Notes: generated by a model not told the origin, from the sequence alone. 64,000 nucleotides of DNA from an uncultured Alistipes sp. (GCA_964530735.1 CAZGYX010000007.1:998-64997); one strand, 5' to 3'; counted from the first letter of the stretch, positions 29,868-44,279 are shown. A program made the numbers and translations.

Positions 29868-32753
29868 ATGATGAGGATTTTTCTGGCGGCCTGCGCGGCG
29901 TTTGCTGCGGCTGCATGTGCGCACTCCGTCGAACCGATCGACTATGTAGACCCGTTTATCGGCACGGGATTTCACGGACATACTTATCCGGGTGCTGCCG
30001 CCCCGTTCGGCATGGTGCAGCTCAGTCCCGACACCCGCGCGGGAAACTGGGACGCCTGCTCGGGCTATCATTACGACGATCGCACCATCGACGGGTTCTC
30101 GCACACCCATTTGAGCGGCACGGGATGCGTCGATTTGGGCGACGTGCTGTTCTATCCCACGTTGTGCGACACGGTCGTCGCCGGCGGGACGTTCCGGCCG
30201 CATCCCTATGCCTTTTCGCATCGCGACGAGCGGGCTTCGTGCGGTTATTATGCCGTCGTCCTGCCCGACGAGGGGTTGGAGGTGGAGCTGACCGCTGCGC
30301 CGCGCACCGGCGTACACCGTTATACGTTTCGCGGCAAGGGAACGCCCCGCGTCGTCGTCGACCTGATGCACACCCTCACCGACGAACGGGTCGACCGCAC
30401 CGAACTGACCCAAACCGCGTCGGACGAATTGTGCGGCATGCGGTGCACGCAGGGGTGGGTCGACGACCACCACGTTTACTTCTCGGCCCGCTTCTCGGAG
30501 CCGTTCGCGTCGGTGGAGCTGTTCGGCAACGAACAGGCCGTACTGACTTTCGCGCCCGACGTGCGGCAGCTGACGGTGGCCGTCGGGATTTCGTCGGTCG
30601 GTACCGACAACGCCCGCCTCAACCGGCAGGCCGAAGCCGCCGAACTCGATTTCGATGCCGTGCATGCCCGTACCCGCGAAGCGTGGCGCGAGGCGTTGGG
30701 CGACATCACCGTGAGCGGCGGCACGCGCGACCAGCGCACCGTATTCTACACGGCGCAATACCATACCAAACTCACCCCCAACAGGATGAACGACGTGACG
30801 GGCGAATACCGGCGCCACGACGGCCGGATCGGCCGTCTGCCCGTCGGCCGCAACTACTACGCCACGCTCTCGCTGTGGGATACGTTCCGCGCATGGCATC
30901 CGTTGCAGACGCTCGTCGACACGACTTTCGTGAACGACATGATCGTCGGCATGCTCGACATGTACGACGCGACGGGCGAACTGCCCATTTGGCCGCTGGC
31001 TTCGGGCGAAACCCGCACTATGATCGGCTATCATGCCGTGTCGGTCATCTCCGACGCTTGGATGAAAGGCATTCGCGGCTTCGACGGCCACCGTGCGCTC
31101 GATGCCATGATTCGTTCGTCGAACATCAACCGCAAGGGGTCGGACAGCTATGTCGCTATGGGGTATATTCCGGCCGACAACAAACGCGAATCGGTGTCGT
31201 GCACGCTCGAATACGCCTACGACGACTGGGCTATCGCCCGCATGGCCGAGTCGCTGGGCCGCACCGACGAAGCCCGCACCTACTATGCCCGTGCGCTCAA
31301 CTATGCGAACGTGTTCGACGGTTCGATCCGCTTCTTCCGGGGCCGCCGGGCCGACGGAGGGTGGGCCGCTCCGTTCGACGAGTTCGTCGCCGGACGCGAC
31401 TACACCGAAGCCTCGCCGTGGCAATACCGCTTCTTTGCGCCGCACGACGTACAGGGACTGGAACAGCTCTTCGGCGGCCGCGAGACGTTCGTGCGGGAGC
31501 TCGACCGGCTCTTCACGCTCGAATCGCCCAGCGAGGATATGGGCCTTTGCGACATCACGGGGCTGCTGGGCCAATACGTTCACGGCAACGAACCGAGCCA
31601 CCACATGGCCTACCTTTATAATTGGGTGGGCCAGCCGTGGAAGACGCAGGAACTGACCCGTCGCCTGCTCGATGAGATGTATGCCCCCACGCCCGACGGA
31701 GTCATCGGCAACGAGGATTGCGGACAGATGTCGGCATGGTACGTCTGCTCGGCGCTGGGATTCTATCCGGTCTGCCCGGGTTCGTCGGAGTTCGCCCTCA
31801 CCGCACCGCTTTTCCCCGAGGCCACCGTGCGGCTGGCCAACGGCCGGACGCTTCGCATTACGGCCGACCGTCCGCAGCGCAACACCTACATCGCCGCCGT
31901 AACGCTCAACGGAATCCCTGTCGAACGCAATTTCATCACCTACGATCAGCTGATGGAGGGCGGCGAGCTGCACTTCGAGTTGCAGGCCCGGCCGAACACC
32001 GCGCGCGGAACCGATGAAGCGGCGCGGCCCTATTCGCTCACGACGGGCGAACGGGTTTCGGTGCCCTACACGGCTAGCGACCTCAACCTTTTCGCGGAAC
32101 CGGTCGATGTCGAACTGAATACGACGACCGCCGGTGCCGAAATCCGTTACACGACCGACGGGTCGCAGCCCGGCCCCGCTTCGCTGCTTTATACCGCGCC
32201 CTTGCGCATTGACCGTTCGCTGACGCTGCGGGCCCGCGCTTTCAAGGAGGGTGCCGAACCGAGCAGCATCCTGACCGTTCGGGCAGAGCGGGCCGAATTC
32301 CTCCGGCCGGTCGCCGTCGAAACTCCGAAGCAGCAGGGCGTGGCCTATCGCTATTACGAGGGGACGTTTTCCCGCACGGCCGACATCGTACGCGGCCGGC
32401 TCGCCGGTCGGGGCACGATGCCCGAACCCTCGATTGCCGCCGCTGCACAGCCCGACCATTTCGGGTATGTTTTCGAGGGCTTGATTCGCATCCCGCAGCG
32501 CGGTGTGTGGAGTTTTTGCACCCGCAGTGATGACGGCAGCGTGCTCTACATCGGCGACTGCAAGGTGGTGGACAACGACGGTTCGCATGCCGCCGTGACT
32601 GCTACGGGACGTGTCGCCCTCGACGAAGGGCTGTACCCGTTCCGATTGCTCTATTTCGAGGATTACGAGGGCGAGGAGTTCTCGTGGGGCTGGCAATCGC
32701 CCGACAGCGATTCGTTCGTCCCGGTTCCCGCCGAACGGCTCTATATCCGATAA
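29868..32753 (+). CDS. GH92 alpha-mannosidase with Fn3/chitobiase-like and PA14 domains
   Basis: VDPFIGT..HGHTYPGA..PFGMVQLSPDT, FSHTHLSGTG, SLWDTFR, YTEA..WQY, HGNEPSHH, GNEDCGQMSAWY; YTTDGS; SDDGS..NDG.H. Confidence 0.95.
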   Translation: MMRIFLAACAAFAAAACAHSVEPIDYVDPFIGTGFHGHTYPGAAAPFGMVQLSPDTRAGNWDACSGYHYDDRTIDGFSHTHLSGTGCVDLGDVLFYPTLCDTVVAGGTFRPHPYAFSHRDERASCGYYAVVLPDEGLEVELTAAPRTGVHRYTFRGKGTPRVVVDLMHTLTDERVDRTELTQTASDELCGMRCTQGWVDDHHVYFSARFSEPFASVELFGNEQAVLTFAPDVRQLTVAVGISSVGTDNARLNRQAEAAELDFDAVHARTREAWREALGDITVSGGTRDQRTVFYTAQYHTKLTPNRMNDVTGEYRRHDGRIGRLPVGRNYYATLSLWDTFRAWHPLQTLVDTTFVNDMIVGMLDMYDATGELPIWPLASGETRTMIGYHAVSVISDAWMKGIRGFDGHRALDAMIRSSNINRKGSDSYVAMGYIPADNKRESVSCTLEYAYDDWAIARMAESLGRTDEARTYYARALNYANVFDGSIRFFRGRRADGGWAAPFDEFVAGRDYTEASPWQYRFFAPHDVQGLEQLFGGRETFVRELDRLFTLESPSEDMGLCDITGLLGQYVHGNEPSHHMAYLYNWVGQPWKTQELTRRLLDEMYAPTPDGVIGNEDCGQMSAWYVCSALGFYPVCPGSSEFALTAPLFPEATVRLANGRTLRITADRPQRNTYIAAVTLNGIPVERNFITYDQLMEGGELHFELQARPNTARGTDEAARPYSLTTGERVSVPYTASDLNLFAEPVDVELNTTTAGAEIRYTTDGSQPGPASLLYTAPLRIDRSLTLRARAFKEGAEPSSILTVRAERAEFLRPVAVETPKQQGVAYRYYEGTFSRTADIVRGRLAGRGTMPEPSIAAAAQPDHFGYVFEGLIRIPQRGVWSFCTRSDDGSVLYIGDCKVVDNDGSHAAVTATGRVALDEGLYPFRLLYFEDYEGEEFSWGWQSPDSDSFVPVPAERLYIR

Positions 32754-32765
32754 TCGACGTCATCC

Positions 32766-33617
32766 ATGAAACGACTTTTCATTATCCTGTCTGTTCTGGC
32801 CGCCTGCACATCGTGCAGCATGGCTGCAGAACCGGACGCATTGACCGTCATGACGCTCAACATGCGTTACGACAATCCCGAAGACGGCGCCGACAACTGG
32901 CAATTCCGCCGCGACCGCATCGGCCGCCTGATTCGTTCGGAGCAGGTCGATTTGTTAGGCACGCAGGAACTGCTCTGCAACCAGTTCGATGACTTGCAAG
33001 CGCAGTTGCCCGGCTATACCGCCGTCGGTGTGGGACGCGAGGACGGTGCCCGCGCAGGCGAATTCAACGCCGTATTCTTCCGCACCGACCGTTTCGCGCT
33101 GCTCGATTCGGGCACCTTTTGGTTGAGCGAAACGCCCGAAATCGCCGGCTCGAAAGGGTGGGACGGTGCGTGCGAACGTTTGGCCACGTGGGTTGTCCTG
33201 CGCGACAAGGGCGGCCGCGAGCTCCTCTTCATCAATACCCACCTCGACCATGTCGGCGAAATGGCCCGTCGCGAAGGGGTCGCTCTGCTGTTGAGGCGCA
33301 TCGCCGCCTTGTCGGGCGGCCGTCCCGTGCTGCTCACGGGCGACTTCAACGCCGAACCCCGATCGACGGTCATAGCCCACGTCCTGCGCGACGGCACGCT
33401 GCACAGCGCATGGCATTCGGCTGCCGAGCGGCATGGTTCGGAGTGGAGTTTTTCGGACTTCGGGGCGCTGCCCGAAGCGGAACGTCCGCTCATCGACTTC
33501 ATCTTCTACGGCAAGGGGCTGGCCTGCGACCTCTGCCGCATTTTGCCCGACGTTTGCGACGGCGGCTATCTCTCCGACCATGCACCCGTCGAGGCCTCTT
33601 TCCGATTCACCGAATAA
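32766..33617 (+). CDS. Exported endonuclease/exonuclease/phosphatase (EEP) family protein
   Basis: MTLNMRYD, GTQE, NTHLDH, LTGDFN, IDFIF, SDHAPV. Confidence 0.92.
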   Translation: MKRLFIILSVLAACTSCSMAAEPDALTVMTLNMRYDNPEDGADNWQFRRDRIGRLIRSEQVDLLGTQELLCNQFDDLQAQLPGYTAVGVGREDGARAGEFNAVFFRTDRFALLDSGTFWLSETPEIAGSKGWDGACERLATWVVLRDKGGRELLFINTHLDHVGEMARREGVALLLRRIAALSGGRPVLLTGDFNAEPRSTVIAHVLRDGTLHSAWHSAAERHGSEWSFSDFGALPEAERPLIDFIFYGKGLACDLCRILPDVCDGGYLSDHAPVEASFRFTE

Positions 33618-33629
33618 ACAGACACCATT

Positions 33630-35570
33630 ATGAAATTCATGAAAAATATCCGCAAAACCGTTCTTTTCGCCGCAATGGCTCTTTTCTGCGTCGGCGCATC
33701 GGCCCAGCTGCCCGTGCTGATTCATTCGCACAACGACTATGCCCGTCGCGTGCCCTTCTACGAGGCCTATTCGCAGCAGGCGTCGTCCATCGAAGCCGAC
33801 GTTTTCCTGCACGAGGGCCGACTGCTGGTGGGGCACGACGAGTCCGACCTGCGGCCCGATTTCGATTTCGAGTCGCTCTATGTCGAGCCGCTCGTGACGC
33901 TTTTTGGCCGCAATGGCGGGCGGGCTTTCCGCGACAGCGATGCTTCGTTGCAGCTGATGGTCGAACTCAAATCGGAGACTGAGCCAACGCTGCATGCTGT
34001 AGCCGAACTGCTGGGCCGCTGGCCTGAGGTGTTCGATTCGACCCGCAATCCGCAGGCGGTGCGCGTGATCGTCACGGGCCGCGTGCCCGAACCGGCCGAT
34101 TTCGGGCGTTATCCCGCATGGATCGGTTTCGACGGCGAGTGGGAGCGCACCTACACGCCCGCCCAGCTCGAACGCATCGCGCTGTTCAGCGGCGACCTGC
34201 GCCGGCTGACGCAGTGGAACGGCAAGGGGAGCATCCTCCCGTCGGAACGCATCGCGATGGAGGGCGTCATCGAGCGTGCCCATGCGTTGGGCAAACCCGT
34301 CCGTTTCTGGAATGCGCCCGAAGGCACGACGGTCTATTACACCTTGTATAATATGGGTGTGGACTACATCAACACCGACTATCCGGCTGTCTGCGCCGCT
34401 TTCTTCGCCGATTTCGGCAACAAGAACTTCCGCATCGGCGAGTACCGCGATGCCGTCGGCGGCACGACGGGCACCAAACGGCTGGACAAGACGACGCGCG
34501 ATTTCAGAGGGTTTCAGAATGACAAGCTCCAACTCTCGCAGGGCATCGAACTCTACCGTCCGACTTACCGCAACGACGGCCGCAAGGGCAAAATCAAGAA
34601 TGTGATTTACCTCATCGGCGACGGCATGGGCCTGCCGCAAATCATGGCCGCTTCGTATGCCAACAAGGGGCTCACGCTGCTGCAAATGAAACACGTCGGG
34701 CTGCAAATCAACCATGCGCTGGATTCGTTCACCACCGATTCGGCCGCCGGTGGCAGTGCGCTGGCGACGGGCGAACGGCACGACAACCGCCACATCGCCA
34801 TGAGCGCTGACGGAACGCCTTATCCCTCGTTGAGCGACTATTTCCACGACAAGGGCCGTTCGGTGGGCGTGCTGACGCTCGGCAATGCGGTCGATGCCAC
34901 GCCGACGGCTTTCTACGGCCACTCGGTCGAGCGCGACAACTCCGACGAGCTGACCCGTTGGCTGCTTGACGGCCGCATCGACCTGCTGTGCGGCAGCGGC
35001 ATCCGCCAGTTCACCGAACGGGGCGACGGCCTCGATATGATCGGCGAGCTGCAAAAACACTACAACTTCGTGCGCTCGGTCGACGAAATCAATGCGAACA
35101 AAGGGCCGGTCGTCTGCATCGACGAACGGATGGATGAGGCGGCCCAAGAGAGCAATCTCCGCCTGCTGGCCGACGCCACCCGCGCTTCGATCGAAAAGTT
35201 GCAGGAGCGGTGCGACAAAGGATTTTTCCTGATGGTCGAAGGGGCCAAAATCGACTACGCCGGCCACTCGCGTTGCCTGCCCGGCTCGATTATCGAGACG
35301 TTGAGCTTCGATCTGGCGGTGGCCGAAGCGTTGAAATTCGCCGACTCGAACGGCGAAACGCTCGTCATCGTCACGGCCGACCACGAAACGGGCGGTCTGA
35401 CCGTCATCGACGGCGACGAGGCGACGGGCCGCGTCATGGGGCTTTATGTTTCGGACGACCATTCGCCCGCCATGCTGCCCGTGTTCGCCTACGGGCCGGG
35501 TGCCGACCGCTTCTGCGGAACGTACCGCAATACGGAAATCGCCCGTCGCATCCGGTCGCTGACCGAATAA
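33630..35570 (+). CDS. PLC-like phosphodiesterase fused to alkaline phosphatase
   Basis: N-terminal HSHNDY..SIEADV..VGHD..INTD; C-terminal IGDGMG, TDSAA, DATPT, EGAKIDYAGH, TADHETGG. Confidence 0.88.
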   Translation: MKFMKNIRKTVLFAAMALFCVGASAQLPVLIHSHNDYARRVPFYEAYSQQASSIEADVFLHEGRLLVGHDESDLRPDFDFESLYVEPLVTLFGRNGGRAFRDSDASLQLMVELKSETEPTLHAVAELLGRWPEVFDSTRNPQAVRVIVTGRVPEPADFGRYPAWIGFDGEWERTYTPAQLERIALFSGDLRRLTQWNGKGSILPSERIAMEGVIERAHALGKPVRFWNAPEGTTVYYTLYNMGVDYINTDYPAVCAAFFADFGNKNFRIGEYRDAVGGTTGTKRLDKTTRDFRGFQNDKLQLSQGIELYRPTYRNDGRKGKIKNVIYLIGDGMGLPQIMAASYANKGLTLLQMKHVGLQINHALDSFTTDSAAGGSALATGERHDNRHIAMSADGTPYPSLSDYFHDKGRSVGVLTLGNAVDATPTAFYGHSVERDNSDELTRWLLDGRIDLLCGSGIRQFTERGDGLDMIGELQKHYNFVRSVDEINANKGPVVCIDERMDEAAQESNLRLLADATRASIEKLQERCDKGFFLMVEGAKIDYAGHSRCLPGSIIETLSFDLAVAEALKFADSNGETLVIVTADHETGGLTVIDGDEATGRVMGLYVSDDHSPAMLPVFAYGPGADRFCGTYRNTEIARRIRSLTE

Positions 35571-35582
35571 ACCTGTGCGAAG

Positions 35583-37190
35583 ATGAAAAAGGCACTGATT
35601 TCAGGATTCGTTCTGCTGGGGCTGACGGGGTCGGCCGCTGCACAAGGGCTCAAATCGGGTCCCTACGACCTGCCCTATAAAAATACTTACGTCAAGGAGG
35701 TCTTCGTGGCCGAAAACGAGTTCCGCACGGCACGGCCCGAACTCATCGAACCCCGTTCGTTCGACGAGGCGCGCCGCATCCTGCCCGCGCCGATTTGGGA
35801 GGGCCACGCCCGCGAAATCGAAATGTACTGGCATGCATGGCGTCTCGCCGTGGGTAACATCCGCCAGCCGCAGGCCGGTTCGGGATTCGTGTCGCCCTAC
35901 CTCGATGTGGCCTACAACGGCAACATCTTCATGTGGGACACCTCGTTCATGATGATGTTCGCCCGTTACGGGTACCGTTTCTTCCCGTTCCAGCGTTCGC
36001 TGGACAATTTCTATGCGAAGCAGCATCCCGACGGATTCATCTGCCGCGAAATCCGGGCCGACGGCTCGGACTGTTTCGAGCGTTTCGACCCTACGTCGAC
36101 GGGGCCCAACCTGCTGCCGTGGGTCGAACTGACGTACTACCGTCAGTTCGGGGACATCGACCGCCTGCACCGGATTTTCCCTGCGCTGTGCGCCTATGCC
36201 AAGTGGTGGAAGCTCAACCGCACGTGGCCCAACGGCACCTATTGGTCGAGCGGCTGGGGAACGGGCATGGACAACCTGCCGCGCGTGCCGGAAGCCTACA
36301 ATCCCATTTTCTCGAACGGCCACATGGAGTGGCTCGACGCCAACCTGCAACAGATGCTGGTCAATGAGTCGCTGCTCAGCATCGGCTTTTACGTCGAACG
36401 GTGGCAAGAAATCGAGGAGGTCGAGGACGAAAACCGTTTTCTGAAACGCCACATCAACGAGTGCATGTGGGACGAACGCGAGGGGTTCCTCTTCGACCGG
36501 TTCGCCGACGGTTCGCTCGGCACGGCCAAAGGGGTTCACGCCTACTGGGCCTTGCAAACCGATGCGCTGGACAGCGACCGGCTCGACCGGCTCGTCGCCC
36601 ATCTGCGCGACACGGCCGAATTCGACCGGCCGCACCGCGTGCCGTCGCTGGCGGCCGACCACCGCAAATACAACGATGCGGGTCGCTACTGGCAGGGTGG
36701 CGTATGGCCCGGCACGAACTACATGATTATCGATGGCTTGTGGCGCAAGGGCTATCGCGACTTGGCGCAGCGGATTGCCGAAAACCACTATGCGGCAGTT
36801 TTCGAGGTATGGAAAAAGAGCGGTACGTTCTGGGAATACTATGCGCCCGAACGCATCGAACCCGGCTTCATGGCCCGCAAGGATTTCGTGGGGTGGACGG
36901 GATTGCCGCCCATTGCCGTGTTCATCGAATACGTGCTCGGCATTCAGTCCGACTATTCGCAGCGGCGCATCGAGTGGCATATCACCCATACCGAAATGCA
37001 CGGCATCGAACGCTATCCGTTCGGCCCCGACGGGGTCGTTGGGCTTAAAGTGCGCCGCCGCGCTTCGGTCGGCGAAACGCCGCAGGTGAGCGTCGAAACC
37101 GATGAACCGTTCGAGCTGACGGTGACATGGGGCGACGGCCGCAGCCGCACGGTGCGGGTGGAACGGAGCGGAAACGTAAAACTCGACTGA
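35583..37190 (+). CDS. (alpha/alpha)6 glycoside hydrolase, GH63/MGH1-like
   Basis: FMWDT.F, TGMDN.PR, YWQGGVW, FWEYYAP, FVGWTG; signal peptide. Confidence 0.8.
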   Translation: MKKALISGFVLLGLTGSAAAQGLKSGPYDLPYKNTYVKEVFVAENEFRTARPELIEPRSFDEARRILPAPIWEGHAREIEMYWHAWRLAVGNIRQPQAGSGFVSPYLDVAYNGNIFMWDTSFMMMFARYGYRFFPFQRSLDNFYAKQHPDGFICREIRADGSDCFERFDPTSTGPNLLPWVELTYYRQFGDIDRLHRIFPALCAYAKWWKLNRTWPNGTYWSSGWGTGMDNLPRVPEAYNPIFSNGHMEWLDANLQQMLVNESLLSIGFYVERWQEIEEVEDENRFLKRHINECMWDEREGFLFDRFADGSLGTAKGVHAYWALQTDALDSDRLDRLVAHLRDTAEFDRPHRVPSLAADHRKYNDAGRYWQGGVWPGTNYMIIDGLWRKGYRDLAQRIAENHYAAVFEVWKKSGTFWEYYAPERIEPGFMARKDFVGWTGLPPIAVFIEYVLGIQSDYSQRRIEWHITHTEMHGIERYPFGPDGVVGLKVRRRASVGETPQVSVETDEPFELTVTWGDGRSRTVRVERSGNVKLD

Positions 37191-37192
37191 AC

Positions 37193-38215
37193 ATGCCCGC
37201 TGCTGTAACAATCGGAAAATTGATCGCATGCTGTGCGGGGTTGTGGGGCGCCGTGTCGCTCCGTACGCAAGAGCCTGCCCTGCGCTTCGGCGACGACGGA
37301 CGTTTCGTCATCGCCCAGTTCACCGACATGCACCTCGACGCCGAAGCGCGTCCGGCCGAAGCGGCGAAAACGTTCGCCCGTCTCGACCGCGTGCTGGCCG
37401 CCGAGCATCCCGATTTGCTCGTTTTCACGGGCGACGTCGTGACGGGACGTCCGGCCCGTCCGATATGGTTCCGGCTGATGGATACGTTGAGGCGGCGGCA
37501 GGTGCCGTTCTGCGTCGTGCTGGGCAATCACGATGCCGAGCAGGATTTGACGCGCGCCGAAATCGCCCGTATCGTGACGGACAATCCGTCGAGCCTCAAC
37601 AGGCTCGATGCCGGAGGCTGTCTGGCCGACTGCGAACTGACGGTTTGTGGCCGCAAGACGAACGCCGCCGCGCTGGTATTGTATTGTCTCGATTCACATG
37701 ACTATTCCACCGTCGAGGGAATCGACGGATACGGCTGGTTCCGACCCGAACAGGTGGCGTGGCTGCGGCAGTGTTGCGCGGCACGCACGCAGGCCGGCAA
37801 GGGGCAGCCCGTGCCGTCGTTGGCGTTCTTCCATATCGTCCTGCCCGAATACCTCGCGGCGTGGCGTGACCCGTCGAACAGCCGGATCGGCCGTGCGGCC
37901 GAAGAGGAGTGTCCGGGGGCACTGAACACCGGCATGTTCGCCGCGATGGTCGAAACGGGCAACGTGATGGGCGTTTTCGTGGGACACGACCACGACATCG
38001 ACTACCTCGTGGCAGAAAAGGGAGTCGCGCTCGGATACGGCCGTTTTTCGGGCGACGATACCACCTACAACAACCTGCGTCCGGGCGTGCGGCTGCTGCG
38101 CCTGACGGAGGGCGAACGGGGATTCGAGACATGGATTCGCGAGGACGACGGCCGCACGGTCGACGGGGCTCGTTTCGCCGAAGGAAAAATCATCGAAAAC
38201 AAAGAGATACCATGA
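37193..38215 (+). CDS. Calcineurin-like metallophosphoesterase (Dcr2/PAP-like)
   Basis: FTDMH, FTGDVV, GNHD, FFHI, GHDH. Confidence 0.9.
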   Translation: MPAAVTIGKLIACCAGLWGAVSLRTQEPALRFGDDGRFVIAQFTDMHLDAEARPAEAAKTFARLDRVLAAEHPDLLVFTGDVVTGRPARPIWFRLMDTLRRRQVPFCVVLGNHDAEQDLTRAEIARIVTDNPSSLNRLDAGGCLADCELTVCGRKTNAAALVLYCLDSHDYSTVEGIDGYGWFRPEQVAWLRQCCAARTQAGKGQPVPSLAFFHIVLPEYLAAWRDPSNSRIGRAAEEECPGALNTGMFAAMVETGNVMGVFVGHDHDIDYLVAEKGVALGYGRFSGDDTTYNNLRPGVRLLRLTEGERGFETWIREDDGRTVDGARFAEGKIIENKEIP

Positions 38216-39033
38216 GAATAGGAGTGGATTTGGGCGGCACCAACGTGCGTGCGGGGCTGGTCGACGACGGACGCATCCTGCGTCTGTTGTCCGAACCCTG
38301 CAAGTCGGACCGGCCCGAAAGCGAAGTCTTGGAACATATCGCGTCGCTCGTTGCGGCGCTTATTACGCCCGATACGGAGCGTATCGGCATCGGGGTGCCG
38401 TCGGTGGTCGATGCCGGACGGGGCATCGTCTACGACGTGGTAGGCATCCCCTCGTGGCGCGAGGTGCATCTGAAAGAGTGGCTCGAACGGCGGTTCGGCA
38501 TTCCCGTGTCGGTCAACAACGACTGCAACTGCTTCGCGTTGGGCGTGTGCCGTTTCGGCGAGGCTCACGGGTTCGACAACGCGGTCTGCATGGCGCTCGG
38601 CACGGGCGTGGGGGCCGGCATCGTCATCGGGGGCAAACTCTACTGCGGCCGCAACACGGGCGCGGGCGAAATCGGCGGGATTCCCTACCTCGACCGTGAT
38701 TACGAATACTATTGCAGCAGCCGCTTTTTCGTAGGATGCGGCACGACGGGCAAGGAGGCGTTCGAGCGGGCCGTTGCCGGCGATGCCGATGCCTTGTCGC
38801 TGTGGCGCGAATTCGGCGGCCACGTCGGATGGCTGGTGATGCTGGTGCTGTATGCCTACGATCCCGATGCGATTGTCTTCGGGGGCAGCATCTCCCATGC
38901 CTATCCCTTTTTTCGGGAGGCGATGTATGCCGAATTGAAACGGTTTCCTTACGCCCGCACGGTCGAAAAGCTGCACATCTGCCGTTCGGAAATGGAGCAT
39001 GCCGGATTGTTGGGGGCTTCGGTTTGCGAATGA
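38212..39033 (+). CDS. ROK-family sugar kinase
   Basis: GVDLGGTN, VNNDCNCFALG, LGTGVGAG, AGEIG; ATGA overlaps on both sides. Confidence 0.92.
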   Translation: MRIGVDLGGTNVRAGLVDDGRILRLLSEPCKSDRPESEVLEHIASLVAALITPDTERIGIGVPSVVDAGRGIVYDVVGIPSWREVHLKEWLERRFGIPVSVNNDCNCFALGVCRFGEAHGFDNAVCMALGTGVGAGIVIGGKLYCGRNTGAGEIGGIPYLDRDYEYYCSSRFFVGCGTTGKEAFERAVAGDADALSLWREFGGHVGWLVMLVLYAYDPDAIVFGGSISHAYPFFREAMYAELKRFPYARTVEKLHICRSEMEHAGLLGASVCE

Positions 39034-40676
39034 CGATGAAACGGTTGCTGGTTCTGTCGCTCGGCTGTTTGGTACTGGCCAGCTGCGGCCCGCAGAGCGG
39101 TTCGCCGGAGCGGATCGCCGTCGTGCCGCGGCCTTCGTCGGTGGCAGCGGGCGAGGGCGGGTTCCGATTGGAGCCTTGTACGCCGCTGTATGTCCGTGCT
39201 GCCGATTCGCTGCCTTGCGCGGCTGCGGCGTTCGATGAGCTGGCGCATGTGCTGTTCGGGACTTCGCTGCCGTCGTTGCAGGGCGACTCGCTTCGGGCAG
39301 GAGCCGTCGGCCTGCTGCGGGTCGATTCGCTGCGCGAAGACGCCTACCGCCTGACGGTGGCACCCGACCGTGTGACGATTGCGGCAGGCGGCGACCGGGG
39401 AGCGTTCTATGCCGTGCAGACTTTGCGGCAACTGATTCCGGCGGCGTGTTTTGCAGAAAGAGCCTCCGGCGTGGCGGGCAGGGTGGATATTCCGGCCGTG
39501 CGAATCGACGATGCGCCGACGCTGGCCTATCGCGGGCTGATGCTCGACGTGGCGCGCCACTTCTTCACGGTCGAGGAGGTGAAGCGGACGCTCGACCTGA
39601 TGGCCCTGCACAAACTGAATGTATTTCACTGGCACCTGACCGACGATCAAGGCTGGCGCATCGAAATTCGGAAATACCCGAAATTGACCGAAATCGGTTC
39701 CGTGCGGCGGCGGACGCTCATCGGGCACGACCCGGGCGGCGAGTACGACGAAACGTGCCGTTACGACGAAACGCCGCACGGAGGATACTACACCCAATCG
39801 GAAATCCGCGAGGTGGTCGATTATGCCGCCCGCCGCTTCATCACGGTGATTCCCGAAGTGGAATTTCCGGGCCATGCCGTTGCCGCACTGGCTTCCTATC
39901 CGTGGCTCGGGTGTACGGGCGAGCAGTACGAAGTGCGGCAGACGTGGGACATCGACGACCGTGTCTTCTGCGTCGGCCGCGACACGACGTTCGATTTCAT
40001 CGAGGGGGTGCTCGACGAGGTGCTCGAACTCTTTCCATCGCCGTTGATTCACATCGGCGGCGACGAATGCCCCGACAAAATGTGGGCCTGCTGCCCGCAT
40101 TGTCGGGAACGGATGCGCCGCGAGGGGCTGACTTCCGAACGGCAGTTGCAGGGCTATGCGACGGCGCGCGTCGAACGCTATCTGGCGGCTCGCGGCCGCC
40201 GGTTGATGGGGTGGGACGAACTCCTCGACGGCGGCGTGACGCCGACGGCGGTCGTGATGTCGTGGCGAGGCTCGGAGGGCGGCATCCGGGCGGCCCGTCA
40301 GGGCAACGCCGTTGTGATGGCTCCCACGACCCATTGCTACCTCGACTATTATCAGACGGCCGACACGTCTCGCGAACCGCTGGCGTGGGGCGGCTGCCTG
40401 CCGCTCGAAAAAGTCTATGCCCTCGACCCTTACGAAGGGCTGAACGCCCGCGAACGGGCGAATGTGCTGGGGGTGCAGGCCAATCTGTGGACGGAATACA
40501 TCGCCGATTTCGCGCAGGTCCAGTACATGCTGCTGCCGCGACTGGCGGCGGTCGCCGAACGGGGCTGGTACCCCGCCGGAAACGATTATGCCGACTTCCT
40601 GCGGCGGCTGCGTCATCTGACGGGCTACTACGATGCGCTGGGCTACCGGCGGGCTCCGCACGGTACGGACGACTGA
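39030..40676 (+). CDS. GH20 beta-N-acetylhexosaminidase (lipoprotein)
   Basis: Lipobox LASC; RGLMLDVARHF, HWHLTDDQGWR, PEVEFPGH, HIGGDE, YLDYYQ, ANLWTEY. Confidence 0.95.
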   Translation: MTMKRLLVLSLGCLVLASCGPQSGSPERIAVVPRPSSVAAGEGGFRLEPCTPLYVRAADSLPCAAAAFDELAHVLFGTSLPSLQGDSLRAGAVGLLRVDSLREDAYRLTVAPDRVTIAAGGDRGAFYAVQTLRQLIPAACFAERASGVAGRVDIPAVRIDDAPTLAYRGLMLDVARHFFTVEEVKRTLDLMALHKLNVFHWHLTDDQGWRIEIRKYPKLTEIGSVRRRTLIGHDPGGEYDETCRYDETPHGGYYTQSEIREVVDYAARRFITVIPEVEFPGHAVAALASYPWLGCTGEQYEVRQTWDIDDRVFCVGRDTTFDFIEGVLDEVLELFPSPLIHIGGDECPDKMWACCPHCRERMRREGLTSERQLQGYATARVERYLAARGRRLMGWDELLDGGVTPTAVVMSWRGSEGGIRAARQGNAVVMAPTTHCYLDYYQTADTSREPLAWGGCLPLEKVYALDPYEGLNARERANVLGVQANLWTEYIADFAQVQYMLLPRLAAVAERGWYPAGNDYADFLRRLRHLTGYYDALGYRRAPHGTDD

Positions 40677-40703
40677 CCCGCTGCCGGACGATACACTACC
40701 TGA

Positions 40704-44279
<3,576 letters not shown>

